From: Diadema antillarum | Taxonomy: Eukaryota | NCBI RefSeq assembly: GCF_040938485.1 | Contig: NW_027271481.1 | Coordinates: forward strand, 310,001-374,000 | DNA: 64,000 nucleotides | Direction: 5' to 3' | In this document: positions 49,386 to 61,960 of the stretch, in pieces | How positions within the stretch are numbered: the first letter of the stretch is position 1 | How the letters are laid out: the number at the start of each line of letters is the position of its first letter | The notes under the pieces: generated by a model | The model's database searches: none | Told to the model about the DNA's origin: nothing | The model's input: the letters and a program-made list of their open reading frames with translations, nothing else | Made by a program: the position numbers and the translations under genes

Positions 49386-49515
49386 GATTGAATTGGTACC
49401 TTGTATAGTATTCCTACGTATAGTTGGTGTGATTTGGAGGGGAAGGGTGTAACCATAATGACCCATGACCCAACCACAACCACGGGTTGCGGAACTGGTT
49501 AAAGGGGAGGCTACA

Positions 49516-49565
<50 letters not shown>

Positions 49566-49718
49566 TGGCTAGCCAAAAAAAAAAAAATCGCAATAATCGA
49601 TTCATCAAGAATCCTTCACCCATGAATTTCAATTTCGAAAGATTCCGTACTTAGATTCTTCTCGGTTAAGGGGGGGGGGGGGGGGGTGGGGGTTGGTGGT
49701 TACCATTGACCTTGACGC

Positions 49719-49900
49719 NNNNNNNNNNNNNNNNNNNNNNNNNNNNNNNNNNNNNNNNNNNNNNNNNNNNNNNNNNNNNNNNNNNNNNNNNNNNNNNNNN
49801 NNNNNNNNNNNNNNNNNNNNNNNNNNNNNNNNNNNNNNNNNNNNNNNNNNNNNNNNNNNNNNNNNNNNNNNNNNNNNNNNNNNNNNNNNNNNNNNNNNNN
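49719..49900. other. Assembly gap (N run)
   Basis: 182 N. Confidence 0.99.
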
Positions 49901-50229
49901 AAAACGTTCCGCGGTCCCTTCACGAGAACTGCTTTTGCTTTCTTTAACCCACATACCACATCCCCAGGGTCCCCACATACTAACCACACATACACACATA
50001 CACACTCTAAACATCGTTCTGCACCCCCTGTAATATAAGTCTGCAAATAAGTTATATCGCAGATAAGATGAATTAAGTTGCATATAATGATCAATCATTA
50101 TGAGCTCAAACGTAAGTTACAATGGTATTGGTAAACGATGTTACACATTCCTAGACCTCCTATAGTAATGTTGTCTGACAATCTTATTGGTATAGGCACT
50201 ATGGTCATCTTTAAGAATCCGAGTCTGAA

Positions 50230-51725
50230 CCTGATAAAGCCCAAGCTATTTTGACCATTCCCAGGCCCAAGGGGGGGGGGGACATTGTGCCCCCATATAA
50301 CTTTGTTATTGTTTGATGTTTCATTGTCATATTTGGCACATGGGTAGAACAACTCATACTCTACATGACCCTATACTTGAATTTTTTCAAGATCACTCAT
50401 AGAGGGCGCTATTTACCAAAATATAAAGAAATACATGGGAAAAATGCAAAAAACATGATTTTTCTGTATAATTTCTTTATTCCCAGTATGTCTTATCATA
50501 GACCAATAGTTTTCATTCTTGCGGCAAATGATGTGCAAGTCAAAGCTCATTATTTGTTATGGTTGTAATTTCTCAAAGTCACCAAGTGGGGGCGTTATTC
50601 ATAACAAAATAAAGAAATACATTATGAGACCCACGTTGTATTGTTTAGAATAGGTTCATGCATAGTTATCATATTTCATACTAACATAATATTGGAATTT
50701 TAAATTTGCAGATTGATAATGTGATAAACAAATGATATTAGAAGCATAACCTGGGTGAGGGAATCAAAATGACATGAAATAGAACGGCAATCGTTAGAAA
50801 ATACTGTTATTTTTAAGTATCTCTTATCATATCTATTGTTTTATGCCGTTGTCACAGAAAAACATCTCAGGGCCATAAAGTACTTCACATTTTGCTTCTT
50901 CAGCAAATTTGAACCAAGAAACCCCATTTCATACATTTTTTTTTAATTTGATTTGATTTGATTTATTGGTTTCTGTATCATCATTGTATCATCATTGTAC
51001 GTATACACATTGTACATAATTATACACATTCATGTACAAACATAAATATGATAATATATATAAATATTCTCTTGTTCATTGCCTGTGTACAATGTACAGC
51101 AAAAGTACAACAAAACATGCAACAATGAATAATACAGAGGGGCTACAGCATAAGCGTAGATTGATTTGCGGGCAGCCCCCGTAGCATAACATAATATCAT
51201 TCATCGGAAGGAGAAGAGAAGGGAGGGATGACTTGCATAGATATAGGATAGTTGAAAGGAGAAAGGGAAAGGAGAGGTTTGTCTGCTTTCACTAAAGGTT
51301 TATACAAAGCAAAGTCACCTGTATCACTGAGTAGCAAGACATGACAAAATATTAACAATATATCGAGGTACAGGTGGACAGTTGTTACAGGCCATGGTCG
51401 GTTACATAATCATTATCACATGATAGATTGCGTCGATATTTCTACGAAAGAATCTCGTGTATAATACATTTACAATGACATTATAATATTGTTAATTGGA
51501 CTTGGAACAGAAAACTATGCAAAATCTGACTGACATGGTTGTCAGTTTATGGTTGCCTTGGCAACCAGCAATATCCCATATAGCTGAATTATATATCAAA
51601 ATGTTTGGAATAAGATTTTAGGAAAAGTTACCAAATTTGGTAAAAATTGCATGAAGGGCGAAGGAGTGGCGAATGAAAATCTGGTAGGGGGCAAAATGTG
51701 CCCCCCCCCCCTTGGGCTTTATAGG
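50230..51725. mobile_element. ~1.5-kb TTAA-targeting (piggyBac-like) non-autonomous element with a nested LINE fragment
   Basis: TIRs CCT(G)ATAAAGCCCAAG at both ends, with subterminal G-run+CACATT.TGCCCCC motifs. Flanks TGAA/TTAA versus empty GAGTCTTAAAG (~12812). Confidence 0.7.
50946..51488 (-). mobile_element. LINE 3' UTR fragment, same family as 6951-7916, nested in the TTAA element
   Basis: (ATTTG)n tail; CGAGGTACAGGTGGACAGTTGTTACAGGCCATGGTCGGT is the reverse complement of ~7417-7453. Confidence 0.75.
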
Positions 51726-52545
51726 TTAAAGAATAATCATGTGAATTCAATTGCAAAATGTCAACGATTCCTTAAAAAAGACAATGAGGAAATAACATTC
51801 AAATTAAGGCAATGACATTGCATCCAAATGAGACATATGTTTGGATGGCCATATTGACATTGTTGTCACATCAACAAATAATGTACAGCTGATTGACACT
51901 CAGTTCCAAAAGAAACAACTCGACTCAGAACAGTTTTGTTTCCTTTCTCTGCTTTATTTCTTTCAAAATGTGTTACTACAATGCATAATTTCTGCACTTT
52001 AACCGTATCCAGATAAAACAATTCTTAGTGCATGTGTCAGTCGTGTTCTACACCATCGTTCCCGAAAAGTTAAAGTAAAGTAAAAGACAGTGAATTAATA
52101 AGTATTTCTATATTGAGGGAAGGGGGTGGGGAGGGGAGATTTCGATCATTCATTTGGTTTTTTTAATGTCCCAAACAACAACAGCAACCAAGAATGCGGT
52201 GAGACCAAGAAAATGCACTGCGAAAAGACAGTAGCTGATATTCAGTTCCTTTATTTTCATTGAACACTACAATTGCTTTATTTCCGTCAAACAGTTTAAT
52301 CGATCAGTTCATACAGAACACGATGAAAAGAGTTTTCAATTTATTTCTCTCTTGTGCCTGGAATGAAACATCAAAAGACACCGAACCATCAAGAGATCAA
52401 TCTGGAATCATCAGTATCTTAGGATTTTTCTTTCGAATTGTCGCTAATAGATTTTCTATTCAATTCCTTGCTCTCTTCTATAGAAAGGATACTGAAATCA
52501 AGGAGTCAATACCATCATTGAATGCCGAAGATAAACCCTGCTGTC

Positions 52546-52592
<47 letters not shown>

Positions 52593-52773
52593 CTCTATTA
52601 TCCTTTGACCAACGAATTTTCGCTCGGCTGTTACAATGACAGTCACGCACACATACTTGAAATTACCCTGTAGAAATTCTGTCGCTGAATAAAGGATGCT
52701 TGTGAATCATGATTCTTTAGAGGACAGATAAGTAAAAGTAGAGCGAACCAACAGTGCAGTTCGTGGCACCCTA

Positions 52774-52989
52774 AAGCCAGGCTGACACTTGCACGACTTT
52801 GGGCCACGATTTTGTCGTGGCAAGTCGTGACCAAAATTTTGAACAATTCAAAATTCTCGTCCCGACATGGCACGCAGGTCACGACGGGTCTACGCACACT
52901 TCACGCTAGTTTACGACTAGTTTGCGCACTGGCACGACTCGAGTCGTGCCAATGCGTGCCACAGAATCGTGCAAGTGTCAGCCTGGCAT
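52774..52989. mobile_element. ~216-bp PIF/Harbinger-like MITE in copy 7
   Basis: TIRs AAGCCAGGCTGACACTTGCACGA / TCGTGCAAGTGTCAGCCTGGCAT with TA(A)/T(T)A flanks. Perfect 22-bp palindrome TGGCACGACTCGAGTCGTGCCA at 52930-52951. Confidence 0.78.
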
Positions 52990-53171
52990 TAGTGTGAGTA
53001 GGATAGAAATGGATGTCTGTAGATCAGAAACTGCCAGTGCTCTGATGAAGATGTCGGTCGAACGTTTATTGACTCCTACTTGCATCCGTAATGCGAGGAT
53101 AACGAGCAGGTTTCCTAGTATCCCAACGAAGGCACAGCTGATCTCCAGACCATTCACCCACGTCCACTTAA

Positions 53172-53739
53172 AGGACAAGTTCACCTTCATAAACATAAGG
53201 ATTGAGAGAATGTAGCAATATTAGTAGAACACATCATTGAAAGTTTGAGGGAAATTGGACAATCCGTTCAAAAGTTATGAATTTTTGAAGTTTTTGTGCA
53301 GTAACCGCTGGATGAGAAGACTACTGCAGTGTGTGAATAACTTAGATGTCACATGCGTACAACAATATACGGAAAATATAAAGAGAATTTCACAAAATTT
53401 CATCTTTTGCAAAAAGTACAAAATCCCCCGACTCGTTACCGACAAATGTTATGGGTAATATTATTCCCCCTACCTTTAGAAAGAGTCAAGTCAAGTGCTC
53501 TTTTATTATGCGAAAAAAGTGAAAATATGTTGAATTTTCTTCACATTTTCTTTATACTGTTGTACGCATATGACTCACAAGCTGTAGTAGTCTCCTCATC
53601 CAGCGGTTCCAACACAAAAATTTTAAAAATTCATAACTTTTGCATCGATTGTCCAATTTTCCTCAAACTTTCACTGATATGTTCTACTAATATTGTTACA
53701 TTCTCTCAATCCTTATGTTTATGAAGGTGAACTTGTCCT
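53172..53739. mobile_element. 568-bp Kolobok/T2-type MITE in copy 7
   Basis: TTAA TSDs at 53168-53171 and 53740-53743; TIRs of about 90 bp starting AGGACAAGTTCACCTTCAT. Removing it restores a colinear GPCR sequence. Confidence 0.92.
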
Positions 53740-54011
53740 TTAAAGACCCATACCCACTGCAATTGGTCGAGCTCTGGTTGATCACCTGGTTGATTTGTCG
53801 CGTCAGTTTCGTTGGAGGAATTCCATGACGAATTGTTTCTGCAAATTCCTGGAGTTCCTACACCTTCTATATCTAGGGTTCGGTCCTTCGAGATGACGCT
53901 TTTACCAGAAAATTCGTCAAGAGGCGATACTAGGTCCCTTTGGACTATGATACCAATCGCTACAACCAAACACCACATGATGGGGAAGCGCGCCTTAGTC
54001 TCTGATATCTC

Positions 54012-54700
54012 CTACGACAATAAAGATAAACGATCGGACTCGAATTACGTTTTGTAGTGACATATACACGTATAGATATTGTAGCAGGTAATAAGACAAC
54101 AGAGATTAAGAATCAAACTTCTCATTATGAAGAATACAAGAAAATTCAATGAAAGTTATGACAAAATTATCTTTCCTATTCGGTAAAACTCATAATTCTT
54201 AAAATCAGAATGTGTATAAACTATCTCTTATTTAGTTGTTTGCAAAAGTTTTACCAAGCATTCAGAAAGTCCATCCTGATAGTCTAAAATTTGTGTAGTT
54301 TCAGTTTCATCCATTGTTCAGGTACTGCGAAAAGTCAATGGCATGAATCACATAAATGAAGGGAAAAAAAGTCCTCAACAGTAATTGATATCGAAATAAA
54401 ACCCTACATTCATGAGTCAAAACAACCATAAGCCTGCCATTACTTCAACAGATGTAGCAAAGTACATTGGAAATTGGAACTTGTGAACTTATATGCTTTG
54501 CTCGGTGATAAAAACGAGGACAAAAGAAGAAGAAGAAGAAGAAGAAGAAGAAGAAGAAGAAGAAAAAGAAGACTGGGTCCAGTAAAGCGTGCTGTATCCG
54601 AAGACCGAAAATTCCATCTTATCAAAACATATTCGTACTCCAAAGAAACTGTCATCAGATAGGGTAAGAGAATGAAAAGCTGCCACAGAATATAACTTAC
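54012..54700 (-). other. Predicted 5'UTR intron of copy 7
   Basis: Donor GAC|GTAAGT and acceptor TTTATTGTCGTAG|G. Expanded (GAA)n at ~54525-54565. Confidence 0.5.
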
Positions 54701-54882
54701 GTCAAAGGTGTGACTATGGACACTCTTCACAAGTCGGGATTATGGTGAAAACGATGCTGACAGTGTCTCGTAGTCTCATTGGATTGGACTTCTCGAAAGA
54801 TGTCTATTTGTACCCCATCTCAAACAAATCTTTACATGCCCATGTCGTAGATCGAGTATCACCAACAGAAAAACACCTGAAA

Positions 54883-54928
54883 TACGCAGGCACATTGGAG
54901 CGAGTTGCGCAATGACCTTTCTGCGCAG
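54883..54928. promoter_or_regulatory. GCGCA/C-EBP module, copy 7 (NRF-1-like site mutated GCGCA>GCACA)
   Basis: TACGCAGGCACATTGGAGCGAGTTGCGCAATGACCTTTCTGCGCAGA. Confidence 0.45.
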
Positions 54929-55316
54929 ATTGAATTGCAGATTGACTTTTACCCTCCCCTTCCCTCGTCACATAGCCCATCCCAAATTGAAAAACGTCCC
55001 GAGGCTCCTAGCTGCATGAGAACTGCTCATGCTTCCGTTAACCGACTCCCGCTCAGCCCAAAGGACACCCCCCCCCCCACACACACACACATACACTGAC
55101 ACTCGTTCCGCACCCCTGAGATTTACAGGCTTGCAGATTTAAAGGGGACTTAAAGCTGCACAGGAACAGAAACTATGACCTACATAATTATTACCTACGT
55201 GCCTTCCAGAACATTCTAGCGACTGCAAACGTCAATTACAGCATTATTGGTGAACCTGATCATAATTATTAGTCTTTGGCCTCCTGCAATAAACTGGTCG
55301 GGCTATATCATACAGG

Positions 55317-56444
55317 CTAAGAGTAACGGCCTGCTACACGTTTCCGGGTAAGCTAAGCGGGCTTGTTGCGAGTACGGATTTTCCAGCACGCAGGAACATT
55401 TTCCGCGGTCGGACAAGGACGTTGGCGAGTTCCGTACTTGCGTCCTACCTGCTAAACGCGTGCTACTTACGTGCTACTTGCGTGTATTCCGTGTGAAGTG
55501 CGTGGGAGCTTCGAAACCGATCTGTTTTCAGCTGCGAGCGACACACAGGGTCTGCGAAGAACCCTCGCATGAGTTGCCTGCGTGGTGCTGCCGCTAGGAT
55601 AAAGGGCCTCCTACTGGTGATCTACCTGTACCTCTGAGGGCAAAACCCTGCGACTCACCCGGAACTAGTTTTGAGTATTATCAAGGCCTTGTCACATCGT
55701 GTTTGGAGGAGCATTGCGGGTTTATCTGCGGGGGGGGGGGGGGGGGGGGGGACTGCTACCCGGACCAGCCAGCAGTTGGCCAGGACCTGACAGTACATAG
55801 CGCGTATCTCGCCCGAAGTTGCCCGGAGGTGCGCACGCAAGTCCGATTATACCCGCAGCCAAGGTTTGAGCATGACAAAAAGTTTTCCCGGTGAATCGCA
55901 GGGATTGCCCGCTGACGTCCACGCAAAACACCAGTAGTAACAGGCAGTTTACCCGCTTAAAGTATGTTGCCCGTGGATGTATGCTTTCCCACCGGAAGGG
56001 CGTGTCATCTGCATATCATTCTGTGGGACATCTGCCATATCAGATTCCTTCAGAGGAATATTTTCACCGAGTTGTCAGCCATCATTCGCCACCCAAGAGC
56101 CTACACGCAGGTCAAACGGAATGGACGTAAGTAGAACGTAAGTAGCAAGGGTCCAGCTGGTAAGTCATGCGAAACTCGCTCAAATCCTTGCCCGCCTGCA
56201 AAATCTGTCCTGCGTGCTGGAAAATCCCCACACGTATCAAGCCCGCGTATCTTGCCCGGGAAGGTGTGACAGGGCCAAAACTTGGCTGCGGGTAAGGAGG
56301 ACTTGCGTGCGCAACTCCGGGCAACTACGGGTGAGATACGTGCTAGGTGCTGTCATGTGCGGGTCATCTGCGGGGACCCCCGGATAGCAAATATTGTTCT
56401 TCGCAAGTCGCACGCAAGGCTTGCCTTGAAAGGTGTGCAGGGCC
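55317..56444. mobile_element. GC-rich composite of nested inverted repeats with Harbinger-like termini
   Basis: GGCCTTGTCACATC (~55685) inverted to GGTGTGACAGGGCC (~56263), with a second terminus at ~56432-56444. Inverted pairs ~55377-55500/56119-56228 and ~55790-55845/56293-56350. Confidence 0.55.
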
Positions 56445-56462
56445 AAAGTGTCCGAGCTTTAA

Positions 56463-56553
56463 CCCGTTGTGGACGGATTGATTTTGCTACAACAAACATT
56501 TCCCATAGACACCTGCCCGAGTATCATACTTAACTCGGAACTCGTCATCAACG
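56463..56553. mobile_element. ~90-bp TTAA|CCC mini-element remnant
   Basis: TTAA at 56459-56462, then CCCGTTGTGGACG with inverted CGTCATCAACG at the right end. Confidence 0.45.
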
Positions 56554-57848
56554 TGAGCAAAGTCTATCGCAAAAATTCAACCATTGCTTGAAAAACAACA
56601 ACGAACAATGATATGACAGGGCATTTAAACTAAAGCAATGACATTGGATGAAAACGAGACATCTGGATGGTCGTACGATACTGGCATTGTTGTCACATGA
56701 GCCGATATTGTACAGGTGACTCACAGTCAGTTGCAAAAGAAACAACTCAACGTAACATTAGTTTCGTATAATAATTCCTTTGTTTGCTGTATTTCTTTCA
56801 ATTACCTGAAATATTCCTAATCGCATCTTCTAACGTATCCATATAAATCGATTCTTAGTGCGTGTGTAAAGCCTTGTCCTTCACCATCACATGAGTGGGG
56901 ACAAACGGAGGAGGGGGGGGGGGGGAGGGATTTACGGGTAGCATCACGATCATTTATTTGTTTTTTTTCATGGCCCCTCACAACAACAACGGTTAAGAAT
57001 TCTAAAGGTGAATCCAGGAATAAAAGGAGTCGGGTATTATTCACTTGCTGTATTTCCATTGAACAGTTACTTTATTTCCTTTGCACAGTTTTATCGATCA
57101 GTCCATAATGACTACACTGAAAAGAGTTCCATGCACGGTCAATTTATTTTTCTCATATGCATGGAATGAAATATCAAAGGACAGCGAAACATCAAGAAAT
57201 CAATCTGGAGTTCTCAGTTTCTTAGGTCTTTTCCTTCGGAGATGCCGCTAATGGATTTCCTATTCAATTCATTTCCCTGCACTCTCTATTAATAGGATGT
57301 TAATGTGCAGGGAGTCAGGAGTTACGTTCAGTCGATGTTCCTTAACTTCAAGATTAGCTATTAAACATTCAGGGTAGGCTCTTGCTCCTTAAATGGATGG
57401 CATGAATTTGGCTGAGATGTTGATTCAGATTTCAACTTTTTTTAAAAACATAATTACAATCACTAACTTAAAATATTACAGAGAATACTTATTTTAAAGA
57501 GGATTTAAATGTAACTGATGAAAAATCTGCTTTGAAATGACCGAGATAAAAAAAAGGGAGTAAGACAGAGTCACCCAAATAAAAGGTTGGGCTCACCCTT
57601 TATTAGGATCTCTTTGGTTTTGGATATCTCAGCCATTTTATATTCGATTTTCATTAAAAAAAGAAGACAAAAAAAACCGTTTTATTCTTTTAAGAATTGT
57701 ATGTTCCATAAACCAAAAACTGTACCATCACCGTCTGAAAGTATAGTAACAAATACCAATTAACGTTGAATGCTCAAGATAAGCCAACCATTGTGGAAAT
57801 ATCACATTCATTTTCTCCCCAATAAATTCCAGCTTGATTGTTACAGTG

Positions 57849-57898
<50 letters not shown>

Positions 57899-58506
57899 GC
57901 TCACAGGTTTGAATTACCTGTTAGAAATTCGTCATTGGGTAAAGGGTGTTCGTGAGTATGGTACTTTAAACGACTAATATGTAGTACTTTTGATATTGTG
58001 TTCATATCATTTTTTAGTTAAAGTGAGAGCTTTTCATTATCACTGGAACAATAATTGTCGTCGTGAAACGCTTTAGAACAAAAAGGCGAAATTTATTCCT
58101 TAATAGGTAGATATAACCGTAGGCCGAGGAACGTTAATGCCAAACCAGTTTTTTCTTTGTTGTTGTTGAAAGTAACATAATATGAAATATAGCCCCACTA
58201 TGATGACCAGACGTATGTTGTCATCAAAAGTTGTTGAAACTTTGACACACTAACATGTTTCTCTTCCAGTGACAGATAAATTGCTATCTACATTACGTTG
58301 TACACATTTAATTTGCAGTTTCAGCACAGTGTACGCTGAATGTTATAAGGATGTTAGATCTTGGAGCATTCACATTTCAATAAAAGAAGTGAAAATGTGA
58401 AGAATTACTTCATACCTTAAGCACGTTTGCATTAGTGGTAGTGTCCCCTACTCATAAAACTTCTTATTCGGACATTTTTTTTATTCAATATGTTCGAGAA
58501 CAGATA

Positions 58507-58775
58507 TGTGACCATGCATCACAAAATGAACAAAAAGTCGCACACACTGATTTTGTGTGAGGACAGAAAATAGGTGAAATGGGTTAACCGAGCTGATCTT
58601 TAATTTTTCATATTTTCTGGAAGAGCAAGGCTTCTTCTACATTATGCTAAAATTTGGTAGAATAAAACAGGCAAAACAAGTGTGTTTTCTAGCAGTTTAT
58701 CTCAAACATTTTTTTTTTTTTTTTTGGCGGAATAGTGTGATTAAGTGTGTCTTTTAGAGTCCTCTTTTCATTTCT
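58507..58775 (-). mobile_element. Truncated, inverted, diverged copy of the TGTGAC MITE family
   Basis: Reverse complement of the right ~270 bp of 9558-10249 (TGTGACCATGCATCACAAAATGAACAAAAAGTCGCACACACTG..). Confidence 0.75.
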
Positions 58776-58989
58776 TAGTTACAGACATGTACATTCAACG
58801 GTGTGCACTCTTTGACTCTAACACACACACGCGCACGCACATGCACAGACACGCACGCACATACATACACATACACACACACACAGACACACACACACAT
58901 AAGAATTCTCCTTTTACATTTCTAGGGCTAGTCCAATCAATAACTTTCAGTGACTTTCGAGTCCCTTGTTTTTGGATTAACATTCCCTG

Positions 58990-59385
58990 ATCATTTTTAT
59001 TCATGTTCCATATTCCACATTTCATACAAGTTTTATATTCCATTTGATTTTGAAAAAGAAATGTTTTTAACACAATGGTCGCTTTGAAACAAAATTGCAC
59101 AAATATACAAGGACGTATAATTGACGTGTAATATGAGGAACCCACTAAAAAGCAAAGCTTGTAGGATGTGGGTTCCAAAAATAAAATATAGGCTTAGTAC
59201 AGTATATTAATGTCAAAAGTGAAGTAACATGCAAAAATACAAGATGTCGAGAATATTATAAAGTTTGCGGAATGTACAAAGTATTGTATGATGTTAATGA
59301 TTAAACTTTTGGTATCAATGCTAAGAAAAGTAGCAAGTTGATCAAACAAAATGAAGTCATTGATTCCTTGAATTGAATTATTGAA
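58990..59385 (+). mobile_element. AT-rich insertion ending in (TTGAA)n, probable retroposon tail
   Basis: Interrupts unit sequence CTGATCATTGATTCC; short tandem tail at ~59370-59385. Confidence 0.35.
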
Positions 59386-59812
59386 TCATTGATTCCCTTT
59401 GTGAATCAACATGGTAGTGCTTCATCTCATAAGTTAACAAAATGAAGAACAATGTTGCCCGCCTTGCTTGAACTTTTGGTCTGCCTTCTGAATAAAATAC
59501 AGCTTTAAATGGTACATTTTGTAACCAAGAATGGACGTTCCTCTTCAACTTTCTCAGATGGGTGGTTGAATGGTACATTCAGCCCTTATGCATTTCAATT
59601 TCTCTGAGGCACCCAGTGGCCATTGTCAATCTTAAATGCCCATATAGCTTCATTTTGCTTCAATATTATATACACTCAAGATTTCAGTATGACATTATAA
59701 GTCTCATTTCTATTCAATTCTACATAGGACTTACATTATATTATTCCCTATACTTCCGAGGGGTTTTGCTTGAACTCTCAAAATAGAAGCGTGAGGGTGC
59801 ACACCTAAAGAA

Positions 59813-61000
59813 TTAATGACTACGGTCATTCTCTGCATTGTACGACTTTTCCTGAATAGAAAAGAGATGTTCCCGGTTGTCAGATCGTTTGCACTTGAAC
59901 ATATTTGTAATGGCAGCTCGGAACCTTGGGTACTGGGATGCGTAAATGAAAGGGTTGGCGCAAGAGTTGACACAAATCAGCACAGACACAGCGTTGTGAA
60001 GAGGACTGCGTAGGTTCGAATACTCCTTTCCCTGAAGGACATATACCAAGCTAGTTAAGTGAAAAGGAGCAAATGTCAAGATGTATGTCAGGACTATGAG
60101 GAAGGTCAGCTTGGTCATACGGTTGCGAGCTCGTATGTGAGTGGACGATACCGAGGAGGACTGAGAAAGACCTTTACGCGCGCGGCGTGATTGTCGATGG
60201 AGTGACAATGCCGTTACCGACTGTGTTACGATCATGATGGTAAAAGGAAAGCCAAACCTGATCATGAGTAGGTAGAACATGATGGTTTTACTGGACTTGG
60301 ATGCATGTAGAAGCTTACAGGTGTTGTTGACCACCGCCATATCAACTGAATAGAGACATGATATAAACGAGAAAGCACACACCGCCGCCATGTATGAATA
60401 CACTTTGAAAGTGGTGACGTAAGATCGGAAATGTAGTGGACTCACCACTGCAATCGTTCGTTCGATGGCTATTCCTATAAGAGTATAAATGGATATGTTG
60501 ACTGGGACCCAAATAAAGTAACGCGTGTATGCAAACTTACAGTAGAGCGAACCAACTGTAGTACGCGGCACCCTGACAGCAAGAGGTAAGGGTAGGATAG
60601 AAATTGATGTGAGTAGATCAGAAACTGCCAGTGCTCCGATGAAGATGTCGGTCGAACGTTTATTGACTCCTACTTGCATCCGTAATGCCAGGATAACGAG
60701 CAGGTTTCCTAGAATCCCAACGAAGGCACAGCTCATTTCCAGACTATTCACCCAGGTCCACTCAAAGAACCATACCCACTGCAATTGGTCGAGGTTTGGT
60801 GGATCACCTGATTGACTTGTCTCGTCACTTTCGGTAGAGGATTTCCACTGGAAATTGTGTCTGTGAATTCCTAGAGTTCCTGCATTTTCTATGTCTAGGG
60901 TTCGGTCCTGCAAGATGGCGGTTTCATAAAGAAATCCGTCAACAGGAGATGCTAGGTCTCCATAGACTATGATACTAATCGCTACAACCAAAGACCACAT
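59813..61000 (-). CDS. Class A orphan GPCR, copy 8, 395 aa (true start at 61000, not 61117)
   Basis: MWSLVVAI start homologous to the other copies; all 7TM motifs intact. The upstream 39 codons run across the predicted splice acceptor. Confidence 0.92.
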   Translation of the reverse strand: MWSLVVAISIIVYGDLASPVDGFLYETAILQDRTLDIENAGTLGIHRHNFQWKSSTESDETSQSGDPPNLDQLQWVWFFEWTWVNSLEMSCAFVGILGNLLVILALRMQVGVNKRSTDIFIGALAVSDLLTSISILPLPLAVRVPRTTVGSLYCKFAYTRYFIWVPVNISIYTLIGIAIERTIAVVSPLHFRSYVTTFKVYSYMAAVCAFSFISCLYSVDMAVVNNTCKLLHASKSSKTIMFYLLMIRFGFPFTIMIVTQSVTALSLHRQSRRARKGLSQSSSVSSTHIRARNRMTKLTFLIVLTYILTFAPFHLTSLVYVLQGKEYSNLRSPLHNAVSVLICVNSCANPFIYASQYPRFRAAITNMFKCKRSDNREHLFSIQEKSYNAENDRSH

Positions 61001-61032
61001 GATGCCGAAGCGTGCGTCAGTCTTTGATATCT

Positions 61033-61688
61033 CTATGGTGGAACAAGAAAGATAAACGATCGAACTCGAATTACATTTTGAAGTGGTATACAGATATTCA
61101 GGCAGGTAATAAGACAAAAGGGATTCTTATATGTTATGAAGATTGCAAGGAAATTCAATAAAAGTGATGTCAAAATTATCTTTTCTATTTGGTAAAACTC
61201 ATAATTGTTGAAATCTGTATAGAATTCATATTAAGTATCTCTTATTTCGGTGTTTGCAAATGTTTTACCAAGCATTCAGAAAGTCTATACTGATAGTCTA
61301 AAATTTGTGTAGTTTCAATTTCATTTATTGTTCAGCTCCTGTGAAAAGTAAATGGTGTAAATCACGTAAATAAAGAAAAAAAGTCCTCAACAGTATCTAA
61401 AATCAAAATAAAACCCTGCATACATGAGTCAGAAAAATCATAAGCCTGCCATGATTGCAGGAGATGTAGCAAAGTGCAGTGGAAATAGGAATTGTGAACG
61501 TATATGCTTTGCTCGGTGATAAAAATGAAAGATAACAAAATAAGAAGAAAAAGAAGAAGACTGGTTCCAGTATAGCGTGCTGTATCCGAAGACCAAAAAT
61601 TCCATCTTATCAAAAATATGTCTGTACTCCTAAGAAACTGTGATTACATCGAGAAGGAAAAGCTGGAAATGAATACAATGGCACTTAC
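61033..61688 (-). other. Predicted 5'UTR intron of copy 8
   Basis: Donor ATC|GTAAGT and acceptor TTTCTTGTTCCACCATAG|A. Confidence 0.6.
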
Positions 61689-61913
61689 GATAAAAGTCTG
61701 ACTATAGGCTCGCTTCACGAGTCGGGATGATGGCGAGAACGATGCTGATACTGTGTCGTACTCTCATTGGACTGGACTTCTCCGAAAATGTCTATTTGTA
61801 CCCCATCTGGGACAGACTACATTGTCAAACCTATCACTCCCACAGGATTCGAAGCAAAAACCGAACACATCATTGGTGCAGTTGGTGTTCGACCAATAGA
61901 AAAACACCTGCAA

Positions 61914-61960
61914 TACGCAGGCGCATTGAAGCGAATTGCGCAATAACCCCTCTGCGCAGA
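61914..61960. promoter_or_regulatory. Conserved GCGCA/C-EBP module, copy 8
   Basis: Perfect ATTGCGCAAT at 61935-61944. Confidence 0.55.

Larger units (their letters stand above)
52737..53978 (-). pseudogene. GPCR copy 7 remnant (N-terminus to start of TM3), interrupted by two MITEs and 3'-deleted
   Basis: ORF 53706-53978 encodes signal peptide and ectodomain; ORF 52978-53196 encodes TM1-TM2. Residual GPCR sequence at 52737-52772 is joined directly to spacer sequence. Confidence 0.88.

Noticed and set aside
61001-61117. 39-aa N-terminal extension of copy 8 in the ORF track
   Set aside because: It runs through the predicted splice acceptor into intron sequence, is not open in copy 1 (in-frame TGA), and would bury the signal peptide.
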